From IMG/VR virus record IMGVR_UViG_3300020045_017966, positions 1-29,980 of that record: a DNA stretch of 29,980 nt. One strand, 5' to 3'. A model generated the notes under the pieces. It did not search any database and had not been told where the DNA came from. It was given only the letters and a program-made list of their open reading frames with translations. Shown in pieces: positions 26,090 through 29,980 of the stretch. This DNA is from a virus (lineage: Duplodnaviria; Caudoviricetes). Made by a program: the position numbers and the translations under genes. Each line of letters opens with the position of its first letter. Position 1 is the first letter of the stretch.

Positions 26090-26781
26090 TGGACCCAGAG
26101 GAAGAGCTACAGGCACTCGAAGATCTTATTGACCAGCTTCTAAAAGGTATTCAAGATACTCTTTTGTCCGGACAAAAGCTCTCAGATGAGTTTCAGGGCG
26201 TTCTAGCGAAAGAGCTAGCGCAGACTGTAGACAGAATGACTGTTCTTCGCTCAGAGATAGAGCAGCGCAGGGCACAAGAAAGGACCCCCGAGGCGCTAGC
26301 ACAGCTAGGCGCCGCTCCCCCTCCCGACGCACAGCTGCTTTGGGTGCTGTCTGGACAGCAAGAGCAGCCTTTCATCAACTACCTAAGGCAATTTCCTTCT
26401 GATGCAACTCAGGCCATCTTACGCAGCCCTCAAGAGCTGAGCCGGACGATAGAGTACCTTAGCCGAGTTATGCCTCCCGGGCAGACCTTACCTGTAGCCG
26501 ACGGGATACAACACGCACCGCTTCAGAGCTCGAACGTTTGGGGCGCTAAGTATGATCCGCGCACGGGCAAAATGATGGTGAGGTTTCAAGGGGGATCCAT
26601 CTATGAATACGATGGGGTTCCTAAGAATATCTTCAGGGCATTCATGGCCGGAAATGCGGTAGCTAAGACTTCTGGAAAAAATGCTTTTGGAAGTTGGTGG
26701 CGAGGCAAGTCGCCATCGATAGGCAGTGCGATGCATCAGTACATACGTGAGGGGGGATTTCCTTACAGAAAAATCAAGTGA
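26089..26781 (+). CDS. KTSC-domain protein with helical N-terminus
   Basis: SSNVWGAKYDP..MMVRFQGGSIYEYDGVP...SIGS..HQYIR..FPYRKI. Confidence 0.88.
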   Translation: MDPEEELQALEDLIDQLLKGIQDTLLSGQKLSDEFQGVLAKELAQTVDRMTVLRSEIEQRRAQERTPEALAQLGAAPPPDAQLLWVLSGQQEQPFINYLRQFPSDATQAILRSPQELSRTIEYLSRVMPPGQTLPVADGIQHAPLQSSNVWGAKYDPRTGKMMVRFQGGSIYEYDGVPKNIFRAFMAGNAVAKTSGKNAFGSWWRGKSPSIGSAMHQYIREGGFPYRKIK

Positions 26782-26815
26782 CATGGTATCATTGGGTGAA
26801 GCAAAGGAGATCCCA

Positions 26816-27634
26816 ATGATCGAACAGAAATTCGGAATGCTAACGATTTTAAAAGATACAGGTAAGAGGACAATCGGTCGAAGTATTATTTATTTATGTA
26901 AATGCGACTGTGGAAAGATTAAAGAAGTTAGCATTAAACTTCTTAAAAACGAAAAAAAACCAAGAAGCTGCGGTTGTAGTAGAAAGATAAGGTCTAAATT
27001 AGTTTTCAATTCAAAATATGAAAATAAAGAAGGATGCTGGGAATGGAAAGGAAACTTTAATAGAGGAGGATATGGAAAAATAGGCACCAAAAAATTGGCT
27101 CACAGGGTTGCATATGAATATGCATATGGTCCTATAACTATAGGAAAACAAGTCTGCCATAAATGTGACAACAGAAAATGCGTGAATCCTTCTCACCTCT
27201 TCTTAGGTACGATCACTGAAAATATGGCCGACAAGGTTAAAAAAAATCGTCAAGCAAAAGGATCAAAAATAGGCTCTTCTGTTTTGACGGAAGAGATAGT
27301 ACTAGAAATAAGGAAGATGAGAATTGGTGGGAAAGACTACCAAGAGATAGCCGATCATTTTTCCATAGGATGGTATGTAGTCAGGCGTATATGCAAAGAT
27401 AATACTTGGAAACACGTACCTCTTGGAGAGGAATGCAGTGAAATAAAGCAAAATAGAAGAGCTGCATTAGGATCATCCGCTGGCGGAGCCAAGCTGAAAG
27501 AGGAAGATGTAAGAGAGATTAGGTGTCTTATAGCTGAGGGGATGAGGAATAAAGATATTGCTATTATCTATGGTGTGAAGCAATCCACTATCTGCGACAT
27601 AAAAGGTAGGCGTACATGGAACCATATAGCCTAG
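26816..27634 (+). CDS. Free-standing HNH endonuclease
   Basis: CKCDCG..SCGC; CWEWKG..GYG..AHRVAY..CHKCDNRKCVNPSHL..GT..ENM; two C-terminal HTH repeats; AAGGAG RBS; AT-rich. Confidence 0.93.
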   Translation: MIEQKFGMLTILKDTGKRTIGRSIIYLCKCDCGKIKEVSIKLLKNEKKPRSCGCSRKIRSKLVFNSKYENKEGCWEWKGNFNRGGYGKIGTKKLAHRVAYEYAYGPITIGKQVCHKCDNRKCVNPSHLFLGTITENMADKVKKNRQAKGSKIGSSVLTEEIVLEIRKMRIGGKDYQEIADHFSIGWYVVRRICKDNTWKHVPLGEECSEIKQNRRAALGSSAGGAKLKEEDVREIRCLIAEGMRNKDIAIIYGVKQSTICDIKGRRTWNHIA

Positions 27635-27693
27635 GAGCGGACCTGAACGATTATATCAAGGCCGCTGGATTCCCTTATCGCAGGGTCAAGTAG

Positions 27694-28005
27694 CTACTCC
27701 GCCTTTTTGAAGATATGATCCTTTGCGAGTAGGCAGCACTCTTTGGCGTGAAGAGCGCCTTCGATACGACAGAGGCATCGGTCTAGGTCTAGTATCTTTT
27801 TCTCTACGCTTTCAAGCCTAACCTCTATCCCATTAATTCTATCGGTTAATCTTTTTTCTACTCTATCGATTTTTTCTGTTAATCTTTTCTCTAAATCATC
27901 TCTTTTTTTGTCAGATCTGGCGAACATTACAGCCATCATAATTCCTATGGCCATTAGCTCGGCTATGTTGATTCTGCTTATTGCTTCGATGATGAACTGG
28001 TCCAT
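27694..28005 (-). CDS. Membrane-anchored coiled-coil protein with 11-aa repeats
   Basis: N-terminal hydrophobic segment, then LEKRLTEKIDR/VEKRLTDRING, ending RCLCRIEG. Confidence 0.8.
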   Translation of the reverse strand: MDQFIIEAISRINIAELMAIGIMMAVMFARSDKKRDDLEKRLTEKIDRVEKRLTDRINGIEVRLESVEKKILDLDRCLCRIEGALHAKECCLLAKDHIFKKAE

Positions 28006-28029
28006 TTCATTCCCCCTGGGTTTTTCTCC

Positions 28030-28058
28030 ATCATATATGTATCTTAGGATTAGGTAAA
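28030..28058 (-). promoter_or_regulatory. Sigma70-type promoter for 27694..28005
   Basis: TTTACC-17-TATGAT on the minus strand. Confidence 0.55.
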
Positions 28059-28122
28059 TACGACCAAAAACTTTAATCCGTGGATGTTTAGGGCGATGTC
28101 CTCGTTTTTGCTTCGATTTGCC

Positions 28123-28182
28123 TGTAAAGTAAAATATTTGCTTGATAACATAGGGCCCGAGCTGTAGGAGAGTCGCTCACTC
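28123..28182 (+). promoter_or_regulatory. Tail-fibre promoter and leader motif
   Basis: gtaaaatatttgcttga-TAACAT followed by GAGCTGTAGGAGAGTCGCTCACTC, echoing the capsid leader. Confidence 0.55.
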
Positions 28183-28222
28183 AAGGTAGTAATTATCGCG
28201 ATCATTTACTTGAGGTTTTATT

Positions 28223-29980
28223 ATGAGTTCTTATCCAAACAGCTTGGGGGGCGCCTTTGGTTTCGATGATGACCAATTCGTTAACCCTCCTTTTATTAGC
28301 GCGATGCGAGCTCCCACATCGCAAGATATGTATAACCCTGGTACTAGGTGGCAAGACAACTCGGTCACTCCTCGCCTAATCTATGAGACGACTGGAGCGG
28401 GGGACTGGGACACGGGAGGGGTACAACCTGCCACCACGACTACGTATGGGACGGTAATTCTTACCGACAATAACGAGCCTGTAGCAACAAAAGTTTATGC
28501 AGATGCTCTAGCTATCGCAGGCTCTCCTGTCGCTACCGAGACTACAGCTGGTATTGGTCAGCTAGCTACGGACGTAGAGGCGGTAGCTGGAACACCTTCT
28601 ACTGGTCTTCTAGCTCTCTTTGTCACTCCGTCTAACCTCACGCCTGTGTTTGCCGCTCCTCCGGCCATTGGTGGAACAACTCCTGCCGCGGCCGCTTTCA
28701 CTAATATTTCGGCTACCGGCGTTGGCACGGGCAATATCCTCACCTCTGACACAGCGTCGAACTTTAGCACTACTGGCGCAGGTATTGATGTTACTATCGA
28801 TAGCGCATCTGGGAGGGTAATAATCAACGGGGAAGAAGCGGCCGCCAACGCGATCACCCTTCTATCGGCTGCTGGTGGCATCGATGCGGACGCCGCGTTG
28901 CAAATCAACATAGCCTCTTCTCAGAGTGCTGTGGACGCGATTCGCATAGTGGCATCAGCTGGCGGTATCGATATTGACGCTGTAGGTGTTGCTGGAGAGG
29001 ACATCAACATTACCAACACGGGCGCATCGATCGTTCTTTCGGCGACTGAATCGGCAGCAGATGCAATTGTCATCAATGCGACTTTAGGGGGGATCGATAT
29101 CCTAGCCAGCGGAGCTGCTGCTGGAGAGGACATCGACATCATAGCCACAGGGTCTTCTGTCAATATCAAGTCCACAGAAAACAACGCAGGGGCTGTAATT
29201 GTTCAAGCCGACGGTGGTACGTCTGAGAGAGTGACGCTTTTGGCATCTCAAGGTACAGGCGCCGATAGCATCAATCTGGAATCGACAGCGGGTGGCATTA
29301 CTCTAGCGGCTGCTTTGGCTAGTGCAGACGCGATCAATTTAGCGGCTAGTGCGGGTGGGGTCGATATAGATGGCGCTCTTCAAGTCAATATCGCCTCTAG
29401 CCAAAACGCTGTGGACGCGATCAGGATCGTTGCTAGTGCGGGTGGTATTGATATCGATGCTGTGGGTGCGGCTACAGAGGACATTAACATCACAAACACA
29501 GGCGGTTCGGTAGTAATCGTAGCTACTGAATCTGCTGCAGACGCAATTAGAATGAACGCGTCAGGGGCCGCTGGTGGCTTTGATATCGATGCAGGGACCA
29601 ACGGGTTTATCGTCGATACGACCGGCGGAATATCTCTTGACTCTGCGGCGGCTTCGAACTTCACAGCTACAGGCGCATTCGATATTACCATCCAGTCTAC
29701 AGCGGGTAGTATCTTACTTAATGCTGGTGAGGCTGTAACAGACGCTATCAACATCGACTCAACTGGTGGTTTTGACTTAGATGCTGCGTTAGAAATTAAC
29801 ATCACGTCTTCTGAAGCGGCCGTAGCTGACTCGATTAGAATTTTTGCCTCGGCAGCAGATGGAGGTATTGACGTTGATAGCGGTACAGGGGGTCTTACTC
29901 TTGATAGTACAGGCGCTGTATCGATCGATGGCGCAGGAGCCTCTAACTTCAGCGTTTCAGGCGCAGGCATAGATTTAAGC
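28223..29980 (+). CDS. Long tail fibre/spike with beta-strand repeats, 3'-truncated
   Basis: GAGG RBS, ATG 28223, 586 codons with no stop by hand translation; ATETTAGIGQLAT fibre motif; many (S/A)AGGIDID and DAI repeats. Confidence 0.85.
   Translation, partial: MSSYPNSLGGAFGFDDDQFVNPPFISAMRAPTSQDMYNPGTRWQDNSVTPRLIYETTGAGDWDTGGVQPATTTTYGTVILTDNNEPVATKVYADALAIAGSPVATETTAGIGQLATDVEAVAGTPSTGLLALFVTPSNLTPVFAAPPAIGGTTPAAAAFTNISATGVGTGNILTSDTASNFSTTGAGIDVTIDSASGRVIINGEEAAANAITLLSAAGGIDADAALQINIASSQSAVDAIRIVASAGGIDIDAVGVAGEDINITNTGASIVLSATESAADAIVINATLGGIDILASGAAAGEDIDIIATGSSVNIKSTENNAGAVIVQADGGTSERVTLLASQGTGADSINLESTAGGITLAAALASADAINLAASAGGVDIDGALQVNIASSQNAVDAIRIVASAGGIDIDAVGAATEDINITNTGGSVVIVATESAADAIRMNASGAAGGFDIDAGTNGFIVDTTGGISLDSAAASNFTATGAFDITIQSTAGSILLNAGEAVTDAINIDSTGGFDLDAALEINITSSEAAVADSIRIFASAADGGIDVDSGTGGLTLDSTGAVSIDGAGASNFSVSGAGIDLS
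28898..29548 (+). repeat. Internal duplication in the fibre gene (about 57 codons, 480-nt offset)
   Basis: LQINIASSQSAVDAIRIVASAGGIDIDAVGVAGEDINITNTG..ATESAADAI at 28898 versus LQVNIASSQNAVDAIRIVASAGGIDIDAVGAATEDINITNTG..ATESAADAI at 29378. Confidence 0.85.

Larger units (their letters stand above)
1..29980. mobile_element. Tailed (pro)phage, podovirus-like; both ends lie outside the window
   Basis: Contiguous TerS-TerL-portal-scaffold-capsid-tail-ejection-fibre genes plus phage replication genes. No tape measure, no host core genes and no att sites seen. Confidence 0.95.

Noticed and set aside
28558-29970. Three minus-strand ORFs in the track (117, 87 and 196 aa)
   Set aside because: They are shadows of the long plus-strand fibre ORF starting at 28223.
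1-29980. CRISPR array, DGR/retron reverse transcriptase, tRNA genes, stop-codon reassignment, lysis cassette
   Set aside because: No spaced repeats, RT motifs or cloverleafs seen; genes tile densely under the standard code; no endolysin recognised in the window.

Overview
This window is ~30 kb of one tailed phage or prophage with podovirus-like architecture, and no host housekeeping genes are visible. The order is: end of the replication module (DnaC/IstB-like ATPase, RusA-like resolvase); a leftward cassette (very acidic 63-aa protein, DUF29, ribbon-helix-helix protein, ParB-like DGQHR protein); a ParB-fused DNA methyltransferase; and small accessory ORFs including a KhpA KH-domain protein, a eukaryotic-type C3HC4 RING protein, a serine recombinase and a metallophosphoesterase. 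Terminase, P22-like portal, scaffold, major capsid, FCCH-domain virion proteins, tail/ejection genes, a KTSC protein, an HNH endonuclease and a long beta-repeat tail fibre (missing from the ORF track, runs off the window) follow. From recalled sequence resemblance only, the host is probably an environmental Chlamydiota-type intracellular bacterium. The best leads are the RING protein with an FPPPP tail, a promoter plus pseudoknot-like leader shared by structural genes, a ~100-nt structured RNA candidate after the portal, a repeated 16-bp palindrome, a candidate anti-defence cassette and an antisense RNAP alpha-CTD-like gene. All family calls are by motif recognition and no searches were run.
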